The notes under the pieces are model-generated. The model did no database searches, was not told the DNA's origin, and saw only the letters and a program-made list of their open reading frames with translations. From a virus (lineage: Duplodnaviria; Heunggongvirae; Uroviricota; Caudoviricetes), in the IMG/VR virus record IMGVR_UViG_3300033153_011579: a DNA stretch of 64,000 nucleotides; one strand, given 5' to 3'. Both the position numbers and the translations under genes were made by a program. Below are positions 24,653 to 32,839 of this stretch, piece by piece (within the stretch, counting starts at the first letter, position 1; each line of letters starts with the position of its first letter).

Positions 24653-25119
24653 TACAACAACCTCCCTTGACCGTTCCGCTCTTCGTACTTCGCTATGGCC
24701 GCGGTCAGCCGCTGGTTCTCCTCCTCGAGCAGCTCGTTCCGCTCCTCGAGCTCGGCGACGTACGCGAGTAGTTTCTTGCGAGCCATCCTCGCCGGTTTTT
24801 CTGGAACCCTGATCGGTGGCCCGACGACCCAGACGACGGCCGTCCGCTTGGTGGTCGTTTTTCTGGTATTTCCGCTGTCCTTGATCTTCCCAAGGAGTTG
24901 GAGCTCGCGCCGGCGGGGGACCTCGGTGCTCACCGTGATGTCGAGCGCCAGCTGGATCTGCTCGTCGGTGGCCCCGACGTCGCCCATGTAGAGCAGGTGG
25001 CGAAATACCCGGTCGCGGATCGTCGGGGCCTTTTCCGACATCGACTCCGCGGCGTCCAGAGACGTCTCGCTATGAGCCTGGTGCGGGGGCGTCCCGCCGT
25101 ACGGCTGCTCGTGGGTCAT
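24652..25119 (-). CDS. Putative winged-helix DNA-binding protein
   Basis: RDRVFRHLLYMGDVGATDEQIQLALDI; start at 25119 (ATGA overlap). Confidence 0.4.
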   Translation of the reverse strand: MTHEQPYGGTPPHQAHSETSLDAAESMSEKAPTIRDRVFRHLLYMGDVGATDEQIQLALDITVSTEVPRRRELQLLGKIKDSGNTRKTTTKRTAVVWVVGPPIRVPEKPARMARKKLLAYVAELEERNELLEEENQRLTAAIAKYEERNGQGRLL

Positions 25120-25433
25120 GAGGGCTCGCCCTCCTTTTTCTTGAGCACGTCGATCGCCTGGGAGACGTGGCGGAGCCCCTGGTTGCCGCCCTGGGTCAGC
25201 ATGTCGTAGTCGATGTCGCCGTAGTCTTCGAGGCACTTGTAGGCCTGCTCGAGCTCGGCCTTCACCGCGTCGAGCTGCTTGCGGAGAGCTGCTTGTTTGT
25301 CGAGCAACTCTTCGTGGTCATCGATCAGCTTGACGACTCTCTGTTTTGCGATCGGGTGCAGTAGCGCCGTACCGAAGTTGATACCCTTGAACGTGCTCCT
25401 GAGCATGGCGGCGGTGGCTTTGAAGTCAGACAT
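25116..25433 (-). CDS. Hypothetical coiled-coil protein (105 aa)
   Basis: ORF. Confidence 0.5.
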   Translation of the reverse strand: MSDFKATAAMLRSTFKGINFGTALLHPIAKQRVVKLIDDHEELLDKQAALRKQLDAVKAELEQAYKCLEDYGDIDYDMLTQGGNQGLRHVSQAIDVLKKKEGEPS

Positions 25434-26061
25434 CGCGCTTCCCCCACCTCTTCGGCCAGGTCTCGGGATCGTCGGTGCACTTCGGGCAGAGCGCGTAGCC
25501 GTTGTCGTGCAACTCGTCGACTTTGATCACCATGCTGTTGCACCGCGGGCAGACCATGCAGACGACCGTCTGCCCGCTCAACTCGGACGCTGCCTTGCCG
25601 ATGTAGTCGACATGAATAGGGCTCGCTACTTTCTCGGAGAGTTGGCCGAGACCGATGAGTACTTTCTCGTAGGCGTGGTTGTCCCTCTGGTGCTGGCTGG
25701 ACATCACCTGGAGCGTCTGAGCCCGATGCTTCCAGAGGGCGAGCTCGGCCTTGAGCTCTCTGGCTTCCTTTATTTTCACCTGGGACAGCCGGATCATCTC
25801 CTCGAGATCTGTCGCGTGGCTTTTTTCCTCATTGAGGATTCTGACGAGCTTCTTGATCGCTTCGGCCCGAGTCGACCCGGGCGGCCAGAGGGATTCGTCG
25901 GCACCGTTCCCGAGTGCGTCGTCGATCTCGGCGATGGCGGTCTTCTGGGTCTTGTGCTCATCGAAGATGCTCATCAGGTCGGCCTGTAGTTCCTCAAGAG
26001 TCTCCTTCCTGAGATTCTCGTCCTGTAGCCGCTTGATGATGTCTTCCTTGGCCATTACCAT
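25426..26061 (-). CDS. Coiled-coil protein with a C-terminal Zn-ribbon
   Basis: CMVCPRC…CPKC. Confidence 0.5.
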   Translation of the reverse strand: MVMAKEDIIKRLQDENLRKETLEELQADLMSIFDEHKTQKTAIAEIDDALGNGADESLWPPGSTRAEAIKKLVRILNEEKSHATDLEEMIRLSQVKIKEARELKAELALWKHRAQTLQVMSSQHQRDNHAYEKVLIGLGQLSEKVASPIHVDYIGKAASELSGQTVVCMVCPRCNSMVIKVDELHDNGYALCPKCTDDPETWPKRWGKRDV

Positions 26062-26062
26062 C

Positions 26063-26266
26063 TCAATCCTCCCTCGTATATTTGTCTAAGAGCGCCTGCT
26101 GCTCCTTGGTGAGTTCTTCTCCGATCTGGGTCAGCATGACGACGTGCCAGAACTCGCACATCTCCCGCTGGGCGTCGTCGCACATTATTTGGAACTCGTC
26201 GGTGATCGTCTCGCCTTCTTCGAGCGGCGGCGCTTTGATCTCGACGGTCCAGGTGATCTCAGTCAC
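26063..26266 (-). CDS. Small acidic all-alpha protein, possible minimal MazG-like fold
   Basis: LEEGETITDEF…QREMCEFWHVVMLTQIGEELTKEQQALLDKY loosely matches the ExxE…ExxE helices of MazG; weak. Confidence 0.25.
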   Translation of the reverse strand: MTEITWTVEIKAPPLEEGETITDEFQIMCDDAQREMCEFWHVVMLTQIGEELTKEQQALLDKYTRED

Positions 26267-27368
26267 GGATCACCTCGACGATCCCTTTGGCAGTTGGTGA
26301 CAAGCTCGCGAGGACCGCATCGGCTCCGGTGACCTCCCTGATGTGCGCCAGGAACTTTGCGTCGTCGTCCATCTTCAAGATCTCGCCGCCGTCGAAGAAC
26401 CGAAAGTCGTCGTTGATGAGGTCGAGGCACGTGACGGCCAGCTCCGGGGTTTTCGTCATGATGTAGTCGTCTTTGTAGATGGCGTAGCTGAGCAGGTCGA
26501 GATCCAGGAGGGTCTTCCTAAATGTTCCCTGGGGGCCGTCGTCCGGGTTCTGCTCGTGTGGATTGTCCTTGATGTTGCAGGGGACGATGTCGCTCATCGG
26601 ACCTTTCCCATGCCGCGTCTGGTAAGCGCGGGTGACGAGCACGATCTCCGGCTCGTATCCCATCTCGCAAATATTTTTCGACCCGGTGTTCGTCGGAGTG
26701 ACGTATGGAAAAAAACCAAAATTCTGGTCGAGCAGCAGGCCTTGCGACCCTTCCCAGATAACCGTTTCGAACGAATCGATGACCTGCTCGTTCGACATCC
26801 CGATGGCCGCGTTGTGTGTCACCTCGTCGCACGCGACGAAGAAATTTTGGATGATGTAGTCGTCCGGTCTGAAGCCGTAGTATTGATAAAACTGCTCCAT
26901 CTTCATCCGCATTATTCTCGGGTGGAACAGGTCTTCGAACAGCAGGTGATGACCCTCCCGCTCTCTTTTGACGGTCGCGAAGATTCCGACCTCACAGCTG
27001 CCGCCGAAATCGGAATTCCGCTTATTCCACTCGATTTCAAACGGCGTGGTGACCGGGCACCTGTGGTCGACGAGGAGTCGTGGGAAGACTTTTTTCACCA
27101 GCAAGACGTCGAGCTCGTTCATGAGGGCGACGGGGTTGACCGAGCAGTATTTCGACCAGAAGGTCGGGACGCCTCGGAACGACCCGCTACCGAAATGAGA
27201 AAATACGTGAGACCTACCGTCCTCGAGCACCACCTGATGCGCGGCCTGGTGGCCGCCCGAGAACCGCACCACGAGCTCGGCCTTGTTGACGTCACAGAGG
27301 TAGTCGACCAGATGTCCTTTCCCCTCGTCCCCAAAGCCGAGCCCGATGACAGCGATGTGCTTGGTCAC
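26259..27368 (-). CDS. purZ?: Adenylosuccinate-synthetase-family enzyme (PurA homologue; candidate PurZ/PurZ0)
   Basis: N-terminal MTKHIAVIGLGFGDEGKGHLVDYL…VVRFSGGHQAAHQV matches the PurA P-loop and GGHNAGH signatures. It is 369 aa versus about 430 for bacterial PurA. Confidence 0.7.
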   Translation of the reverse strand: MTKHIAVIGLGFGDEGKGHLVDYLCDVNKAELVVRFSGGHQAAHQVVLEDGRSHVFSHFGSGSFRGVPTFWSKYCSVNPVALMNELDVLLVKKVFPRLLVDHRCPVTTPFEIEWNKRNSDFGGSCEVGIFATVKREREGHHLLFEDLFHPRIMRMKMEQFYQYYGFRPDDYIIQNFFVACDEVTHNAAIGMSNEQVIDSFETVIWEGSQGLLLDQNFGFFPYVTPTNTGSKNICEMGYEPEIVLVTRAYQTRHGKGPMSDIVPCNIKDNPHEQNPDDGPQGTFRKTLLDLDLLSYAIYKDDYIMTKTPELAVTCLDLINDDFRFFDGGEILKMDDDAKFLAHIREVTGADAVLASLSPTAKGIVEVIRD

Positions 27369-28219
27369 AGGATCTCCTCGCCGTCGGAGGGATCCGTCGC
27401 GCTGGACCGCCGCGTCGTTTTTCCGTAGTTGGCCAAGATCGTCGAGGCGATCGTCCCGGCGACATCCGTGTGGCGCTGGGCCGGCAGGAGGTCGTCACCG
27501 ATGAGCGCCTTCCACGAGTCGACCGTCTCGGGCTGGCTACCGCGGGCGGTCTCCGAGATGTTGATGTGAAAGACGTGGTACTTCTCACGCGCCGACTCGA
27601 GCAGCTCTCGGGACGTGACGTCCTGGTACTGGCCGGGGCCCATGATCTCCTGCAGGTCGCGGCTTGCTAAGCCGTTGAGGACCGGCTCGTCGCCGATGGT
27701 GAACAGGAAGCCGGGCTTGTTCCTATTTTTAAGGCAGTCGATCGCCGTGTGTCTCGCGGCGAAATACCAGGCGAGCATGTAGCTCTCGCCCTCGTTCCCC
27801 CCGCCGTGGCCTTCGAGGTAGACGTCGGTCAGCCAGCGGTCGAGCAGGTCGTCGCTCGATTCGAACTGCCCGACCTGGAGCGGGGCCTCGTCGCACGTGT
27901 GGTCGCCGATGGCCAGGAACAGGACTTGCGGGTCCTCGACGCCCTTGGCGATTATGGTCTCCATGATCTGCGGCAGCCCCTTCTTCACGAGCTCGTGCGG
28001 GACCGACCCCATCGACCCGGTGACGTCGAGCGCGATGATGATCGCGAGCGAGTTCGGGTGCTCTTCGGAATCGCACGACTCGCGTAGCGTGATCCCGTGG
28101 GGGCTCATGGCGTTGTGGATCGTCCGCTGCTTGAAGATCTGCTCGCGAGGGGCGTGTACGTAATTTAGCGACTCCGACCTCACAGCGCGGGCTGTGCTGT
28201 TGTATGTTCCGCCGCCCAT
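27365..28219 (-). CDS. von Willebrand factor A (vWA) domain protein
   Basis: MIDAS motif LAIIIALDVTGSMGS; start relocated to ATG 28219 with SD GGAGGTGAG. Confidence 0.55.
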   Translation of the reverse strand: MGGGTYNSTARAVRSESLNYVHAPREQIFKQRTIHNAMSPHGITLRESCDSEEHPNSLAIIIALDVTGSMGSVPHELVKKGLPQIMETIIAKGVEDPQVLFLAIGDHTCDEAPLQVGQFESSDDLLDRWLTDVYLEGHGGGNEGESYMLAWYFAARHTAIDCLKNRNKPGFLFTIGDEPVLNGLASRDLQEIMGPGQYQDVTSRELLESAREKYHVFHINISETARGSQPETVDSWKALIGDDLLPAQRHTDVAGTIASTILANYGKTTRRSSATDPSDGEEIL

Positions 28220-28220
28220 C

Positions 28221-28562
28221 TCACTCACCTCCAAACAGGTAGTCGTATCGCTTCTGGGCGATGTCCAGCTTGATCTCGGTGTTCCGGATCTTCACGCCGA
28301 GCTCGACGTCCTTGGCGACGTACTCGTCCGAGTTGAAGTCGCTGGCGAGCACCAGGCTGTCGGCCGAGGTGGGGGACAGGTCGAGCATGTTCTCCTGCTC
28401 CCTCGCCATCTTCCTTATCTGTAATTGCAGGTCTTCGATCCGCCGCTTGTAGATCAGCTCCGTGTCCTCGCCGATAGCCTCGGCTCGGTCGTTGCGGATC
28501 TTCTTGTTGTTGCGCTTCAGTGAAGACAGAAACGCGCCTTCTGTTTTCTCTTCTTCAGTCAT
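28221..28562 (-). CDS. Hypothetical coiled-coil protein (113 aa)
   Basis: ORF. Confidence 0.5.
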   Translation of the reverse strand: MTEEEKTEGAFLSSLKRNNKKIRNDRAEAIGEDTELIYKRRIEDLQLQIRKMAREQENMLDLSPTSADSLVLASDFNSDEYVAKDVELGVKIRNTEIKLDIAQKRYDYLFGGE

Positions 28563-28620
28563 CTTTTCTCTCCCTTACTCGTGTGCCGTTGGCACCTTGG
28601 GGTTTGTTGACTTCTATCGC

Positions 28621-28977
28621 TCATAGCTCGAGCCCTCTCCACCAGTCCGACCTGGTCAGAGCAGGGATGCCTATTTCTTTCATCTTCTTGGTGAGCTGCT
28701 TGTTCATCTGGCCGTTGTTGAGGGGTCTGGAGGTCGAATATCGCTCGGCCGAATCGGCGTGGAAACCGAGAGACGACCGGCCTCTGCCGAGCCGCTCGAT
28801 CATCTTGACGGCGTCCATGTCCCAGCTCTTGTTGTGAACATCCTGGCACTCGAGCACCGCGCGCTGGGCGAGCTCGACGATGCATTTCTTACAAAAATCT
28901 CCCTCGTCGCGCCAGGGGATCATGTGCGAGGGGCGGATGTCGACACCGCAACGCGGGCAGTTTGCCTGCTCAGCCAT
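28621..28977 (-). CDS. Zn-finger protein (118 aa)
   Basis: MAEQANCPRCG…CKKC; SD GAGGAG upstream of ATG 28977. Confidence 0.5.
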   Translation of the reverse strand: MAEQANCPRCGVDIRPSHMIPWRDEGDFCKKCIVELAQRAVLECQDVHNKSWDMDAVKMIERLGRGRSSLGFHADSAERYSTSRPLNNGQMNKQLTKKMKEIGIPALTRSDWWRGLEL

Positions 28978-29164
28978 TTTTTTGTAACTCCTCGTGAGCA
29001 ATCTTCACTCCGCAGCAGACTTCGTAGTATCCGTCGTCGGTAGCGATCTCGGTCAGGCGGTATCCTAACTCTTCCTCTTCCTCGTGGCACGACCCGCAGC
29101 ATCTGGTCTCGAGACCGAATTTTTGTGCCGCTGCCGCACAGCCGCCGAGGTACTTATCAGCCAT
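28970..29164 (-). CDS. Small Cys-rich protein (64 aa)
   Basis: CC.SC…CCG pattern. Confidence 0.4.
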   Translation of the reverse strand: MADKYLGGCAAAAQKFGLETRCCGSCHEEEEELGYRLTEIATDDGYYEVCCGVKIAHEELQKNG

Positions 29165-29477
29165 CGGACTTCTCGGCGTCCGGCTCTGGGAAGTCGTGCT
29201 GAGTACCAACCATGGTGATGGCCACGAACTCGGCGGCTGGACGGTTGTGGAGGGCGCGTGAGGCTTGCACGAACTCCGGCACGATGCGGCCTTTGAAGTT
29301 GTTCAAAACGGTGGTGCAGAGCCCGTTGCCTTTTTCCTCTTGGTTTTCGAAGTTGAACGACGCGACCATGGGGAGCTGGTGCTCATTGCAGATCGCAATG
29401 ATCTTCGTCATCAGCGGGCTGATCTGCTCGTCGTGCACGGCTTCGAGGTCGAAGTGTTCTTGCTCTTCTTTACTCAT
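29157..29477 (-). CDS. Hypothetical acidic protein (106 aa)
   Basis: ORF. Confidence 0.5.
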   Translation of the reverse strand: MSKEEQEHFDLEAVHDEQISPLMTKIIAICNEHQLPMVASFNFENQEEKGNGLCTTVLNNFKGRIVPEFVQASRALHNRPAAEFVAITMVGTQHDFPEPDAEKSDG

Positions 29478-29478
29478 C

Positions 29479-30102
29479 TCAAAAGCTCTTCCTACCGGTC
29501 AGCTTCGTGACCAGTTTTCCAATTTCGTCTGGCGTGGGCGCGTCGGGATCCGCCTCGGTCGACCCGGGCAAGAGGTGGGCGTCCTGCGCCGGCCGCAGAC
29601 TCGGGCACAGCACCTGTGCTGCTCCTGCCGTGAGCCGCCCCTTGTCGACCGCGGCCTTGATGGTTGACTCGCGCGAGCTGACGTCGTGCCCCAGGCTGAC
29701 CAGCCACGCGGGCTTCTCGCTCGAGTCTCGCCGGCTCGCGATCTTCTTCCTGTAGATTTCCAAAAACGCAACGCGGGCCGCCACGCGGTCGGTCATCTGG
29801 CGCACCGCCTCGAACGCCTCGGCGATCTCCTGCGTCCAGACGGTCGTGTCGTGCTCGGAGTGCGGGCAGAGGGCCCAGGCCTCTTGTGGGTCCGGCCAGC
29901 CGGTGTCCACCCGCTCGAGGATCGCAGCGAGGGTGAGACGACGGCTCAACTCCCGCCGGCACCGACGAAGCGCGTGCAGCACGACGTCGTCCGGATACAA
30001 GGACAATTCCTCGACCATCTCGGCTGTCGCCGCCTCGGAGAGCTCGGTCGCGCAGATCTCGGCGGTGACCGCCAAGGCGATCACGAGATTACTCTTCTTC
30101 AT
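29479..30102 (-). CDS. Hypothetical protein downstream of rep (about 207 aa)
   Basis: Start chosen at MKKSNLVIALAV…; start uncertain. Confidence 0.4.
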   Translation of the reverse strand: MKKSNLVIALAVTAEICATELSEAATAEMVEELSLYPDDVVLHALRRCRRELSRRLTLAAILERVDTGWPDPQEAWALCPHSEHDTTVWTQEIAEAFEAVRQMTDRVAARVAFLEIYRKKIASRRDSSEKPAWLVSLGHDVSSRESTIKAAVDKGRLTAGAAQVLCPSLRPAQDAHLLPGSTEADPDAPTPDEIGKLVTKLTGRKSF

Positions 30103-31111
30103 CTTCTTCAGCTTTGTATTTGTCGCGGAGTTTTCTCGCGACGTCCCCCGTGGTCGCCCGGCGGTCCGACGCACGCGCCGCGCCGTCGGTTATCTGTGAC
30201 CCGGTGGCCCACTCGGTCCTCACGGTCTCGGCGTCGACGAGCAGGGTGGGGAGGGCGTGGCCCTTCTTCACGTACCAGCCCTTGTTCATCGAGACGTAGT
30301 GCGCAACGACCTGCTCGGCGTCGGCGGCACCCAGGCGCTCGATGATGCGCCTTATGGCCGTGTTGGCCAGCGCGTTGCGCACAGGCGGAGTGCCGTACCG
30401 GAGCTTATAGGCGGCCGAATAGGCCTCCCAAACTCTCCCTGCTATCACCAGCCTCTCCTCCTTCGGCTTCGCCTTCGGTTTTTTCCTAGCTTCAGGTTTT
30501 TTCTCAACCGGGGTCACGGGCGCTTGCGCGCGTGAAGGATCCGGATCTCTCCCGTCGGGTTCCCCTCCGGGATCCCTTTCTGGATCTGGATCTGCCTCTG
30601 ATCTCTGCCTCTGCTTCTGCCTCTGCCTCTGCATGGCGTTACTATCGTTACTGGGCGTTACAGGGGGGTTACTAGGTGTTACATCAGCGTTACCAAGCGT
30701 TACATCAGCGTTACCATTACCTTTTTCATCCTCTTTTTTCCTCTCCCTGTACCTCCTTACCCTCTCAGCGGTTTTTTCTCGCCTATCGTCCGCCGAGCAC
30801 AGCTGCCGGTACTTCTCGCTGTTCAGCACCTTCCAGCCGCCGTCCACCGGGGCGATCCGCCGGCCCTCGTAATCCGGGGTCCTCGAGTGCTCGTCTGGAC
30901 TCATCAGCCGCTCGAGAGCTTCTTTGCAAAGGTCGAGGTCCACCCGCGCCTCGTGGGAGAGGCCGGGGACGCTCGCGCTCACGATCCCGTCTCTGTCCAT
31001 CAGCGCGAGCATCGTGATCCACACCAACCGGACGTGGTCCTCTTCGCAAACCCAGATCGACGACTGGAGAATCGAACTGTGCAACTTCGTAAAACCTCTG
31101 GTCATGGACAC
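30089..31111 (-). CDS. Putative replication initiator / replisome-organizer-like protein carrying internal iterons
   Basis: N-terminus FTKLHSSILQSSIWVCEEDHVRLVWITMLALMDRDGIV resembles phage replication-initiator N-domains. The basic linker is encoded by the GTTAC iteron array. Confidence 0.5.
   Translation of the reverse strand: MSMTRGFTKLHSSILQSSIWVCEEDHVRLVWITMLALMDRDGIVSASVPGLSHEARVDLDLCKEALERLMSPDEHSRTPDYEGRRIAPVDGGWKVLNSEKYRQLCSADDRREKTAERVRRYRERKKEDEKGNGNADVTLGNADVTPSNPPVTPSNDSNAMQRQRQKQRQRSEADPDPERDPGGEPDGRDPDPSRAQAPVTPVEKKPEARKKPKAKPKEERLVIAGRVWEAYSAAYKLRYGTPPVRNALANTAIRRIIERLGAADAEQVVAHYVSMNKGWYVKKGHALPTLLVDAETVRTEWATGSQITDGAARASDRRATTGDVARKLRDKYKAEEDEEE
30636..30716. repeat. Iteron array: 8 x GTTAC at 9-11 bp spacing inside the rep gene (candidate origin)
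   Basis: GTTAC starts at 30638, 30647, 30657, 30668, 30678, 30689, 30699 and 30710 (mean spacing about 10.3 bp). Flanked by a (CTGCCT)n tract. Confidence 0.7.
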
Positions 31112-31130
31112 CAGTGTCCTTTCTTGAACT

Positions 31131-31382
31131 TCAGCTTTCAGATCCGTAGGTGTCTTTCATGTATTGACGAAGCAACGTCTCGAGCTTCCCGAGCTCCCGC
31201 TTCGACGTCGTTACCGCCGCCGGCCAGTTTGACCAGAACTCCTTTAGCTCCTCGAAGAGCAGCACACTCGCCGGCGACCCCCGGTTCACGATGCGCAGCA
31301 GCACGGTCAAAATTCGCAGGTTTGTTTTCGTCAGCATGGCCTTGAACGCCATCGCCGTATCGATCTTGTCCATGAACCCCAT
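31131..31382 (-). CDS. Hypothetical protein (83 aa)
   Basis: ORF. Confidence 0.45.
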   Translation of the reverse strand: MGFMDKIDTAMAFKAMLTKTNLRILTVLLRIVNRGSPASVLLFEELKEFWSNWPAAVTTSKRELGKLETLLRQYMKDTYGSES

Positions 31383-31390
31383 GCGTCACC

Positions 31391-31651
31391 TCACCCTACC
31401 GGCCGCTTGGATCCGGTATCTCCGTAAATACTGATCGACGGCATGATGATCACCGACCAGTTCTGCCGGTAGTCGATCCCACCATCGCGCCACTTGTACT
31501 GAAAACCCCACGCCACATTCGGGCTGTTGAGCATCTCGGCCTGCATCGACTCGTTGTCGATCAGCGCGGCCATCGTCTGATGCGGCCCGAACCTCCCGAC
31601 CAGCTCGTCGACCAGCGGCTGGAGCTCAGCGTCCTTCGTTGCCAACCCCAT
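31391..31651 (-). CDS. Hypothetical protein (86 aa)
   Basis: ORF. Confidence 0.5.
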   Translation of the reverse strand: MGLATKDAELQPLVDELVGRFGPHQTMAALIDNESMQAEMLNSPNVAWGFQYKWRDGGIDYRQNWSVIIMPSISIYGDTGSKRPVG

Positions 31652-31833
31652 CAGGAGACCTCCCCACCGAGGGTTTTGACCTTGCCCTCGATCAGGATGA
31701 TCCTCTTCGCCTGCTTCTCGTTGACCTTCTTGTACTCGCGGATCGCGGTGTCCCGCTGGTCGACCTGCTCCTTGAGGTTGGCGATCTTCTCGCGCTGGTT
31801 TTTTGCAAGCTTCTCTCTCGTGTTCATCGACAT
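31651..31833 (-). CDS. Small coiled-coil protein (60 aa)
   Basis: Start region GAGGAGGACTGAGATGTCGA duplicated at the next gene. Confidence 0.5.
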   Translation of the reverse strand: MSMNTREKLAKNQREKIANLKEQVDQRDTAIREYKKVNEKQAKRIILIEGKVKTLGGEVS

Positions 31834-31834
31834 C

Positions 31835-32173
31835 TCAGTCCTCCTCTGCGATCCGCTTGGCCACGCACAACTCCTCGGCCTGGCGCAGGGCCTTGGTCAT
31901 CGCCACGGAGTGGTCCAACTTGCCCATCTCCTTTAACGCCTGGATTAGTCCGTACTTCGATTGGGACACGCACACCGCCGCGTGCTTGCACGCCGACAAC
32001 TGGACGTCGAGGTCGTGCATCCCGGCTACCAGGGCCGCCACGTCGTCCTCGAGCGCGTCCACGTCGGCCTTGGCATTTTTTAAAACGTTCATGGTGACAC
32101 CAGCGTAGGTGGCCGAGGCAACCGCCAGCAAGACCATCACCGACAGCGCAACCTGTAAACTCGATCTCGACAT
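31835..32173 (-). CDS. Secreted/periplasmic protein with a signal peptide (112 aa)
   Basis: MSRSSLQVALSVMVLLAVASATYA; identical SD/start context to the 31833 gene. Confidence 0.5.
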   Translation of the reverse strand: MSRSSLQVALSVMVLLAVASATYAGVTMNVLKNAKADVDALEDDVAALVAGMHDLDVQLSACKHAAVCVSQSKYGLIQALKEMGKLDHSVAMTKALRQAEELCVAKRIAEED

Positions 32174-32174
32174 C

Positions 32175-32462
32175 TCAGTCCTCCTCGTTTCCTTTGCTGA
32201 CCGACGGACACCCAATCATGATGAGCTCCGCCCTGATCTCGGCCTTCAACTTGATCTTTCGGAGTAGCTCGCTGAGAGGATCACAGGCTAACCCAATCAA
32301 AAAGCTTTTTTCCGGGTGGTCGACGAGAATTATGGCGAGACCAGAGATCGACTTCAGCGCATGGTCGGCCAGCGGGCCCACCATCGGGTCGTCGGCGATC
32401 ATCGCTAACGCCTCCTCGGTCAACTCCGGTAGGTCCCGTCCCTTGATGTCGTCCAGACTCAT
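32175..32462 (-). CDS. Hypothetical acidic protein (95 aa)
   Basis: ORF. Confidence 0.45.
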   Translation of the reverse strand: MSLDDIKGRDLPELTEEALAMIADDPMVGPLADHALKSISGLAIILVDHPEKSFLIGLACDPLSELLRKIKLKAEIRAELIMIGCPSVSKGNEED

Positions 32463-32836
32463 AGTGAGGCCTCCTCACTTTCTGCGCAGGCCAGCCAGCG
32501 CTCCCACAGGTCGTCGTTCGCTCTCGACAGGTCGCGCACTATCTCCGCGCACTCCTCCCGACACGTCTCGATGGTCGGGGCGGCTGCCGCCTCGATGCAC
32601 AGCCGGAACTCTCGCGAGCGACACTCTTCGGACTGAGTCCTCGAGTAGTCGTGGGCCGAGCCGGGGCAGATCTCGTCGACCACCTCACCACACGTCTTCT
32701 CGATCGGCTCCGGGCAGTCGGTCTCGCACCGAGGAACGAAGAACGTTGCGATGACACAGCCGACCGCGATGCCGATGATCATGAACACGATGGCCAGCGC
32801 GATCATGCCGCCCTCTGTCAGTTTTCCGTCAGCCAT
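32459..32836 (-). CDS. Membrane-anchored Cys-rich protein (125 aa)
   Basis: N-terminal TM plus Cys-rich ectodomain; paralogue of the 8684..9052 product. Confidence 0.55.
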   Translation of the reverse strand: MADGKLTEGGMIALAIVFMIIGIAVGCVIATFFVPRCETDCPEPIEKTCGEVVDEICPGSAHDYSRTQSEECRSREFRLCIEAAAAPTIETCREECAEIVRDLSRANDDLWERWLACAESEEASL

Positions 32837-32839
32837 GAC

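Noticed and set aside
29492-31017. Multiple Arg/Pro-rich ORFs on both strands across the rep region
   Set aside because: Alternative frames of the rep and 29479..30102 genes. The iteron and (CTGCCT)n repeats generate long open frames by chance.
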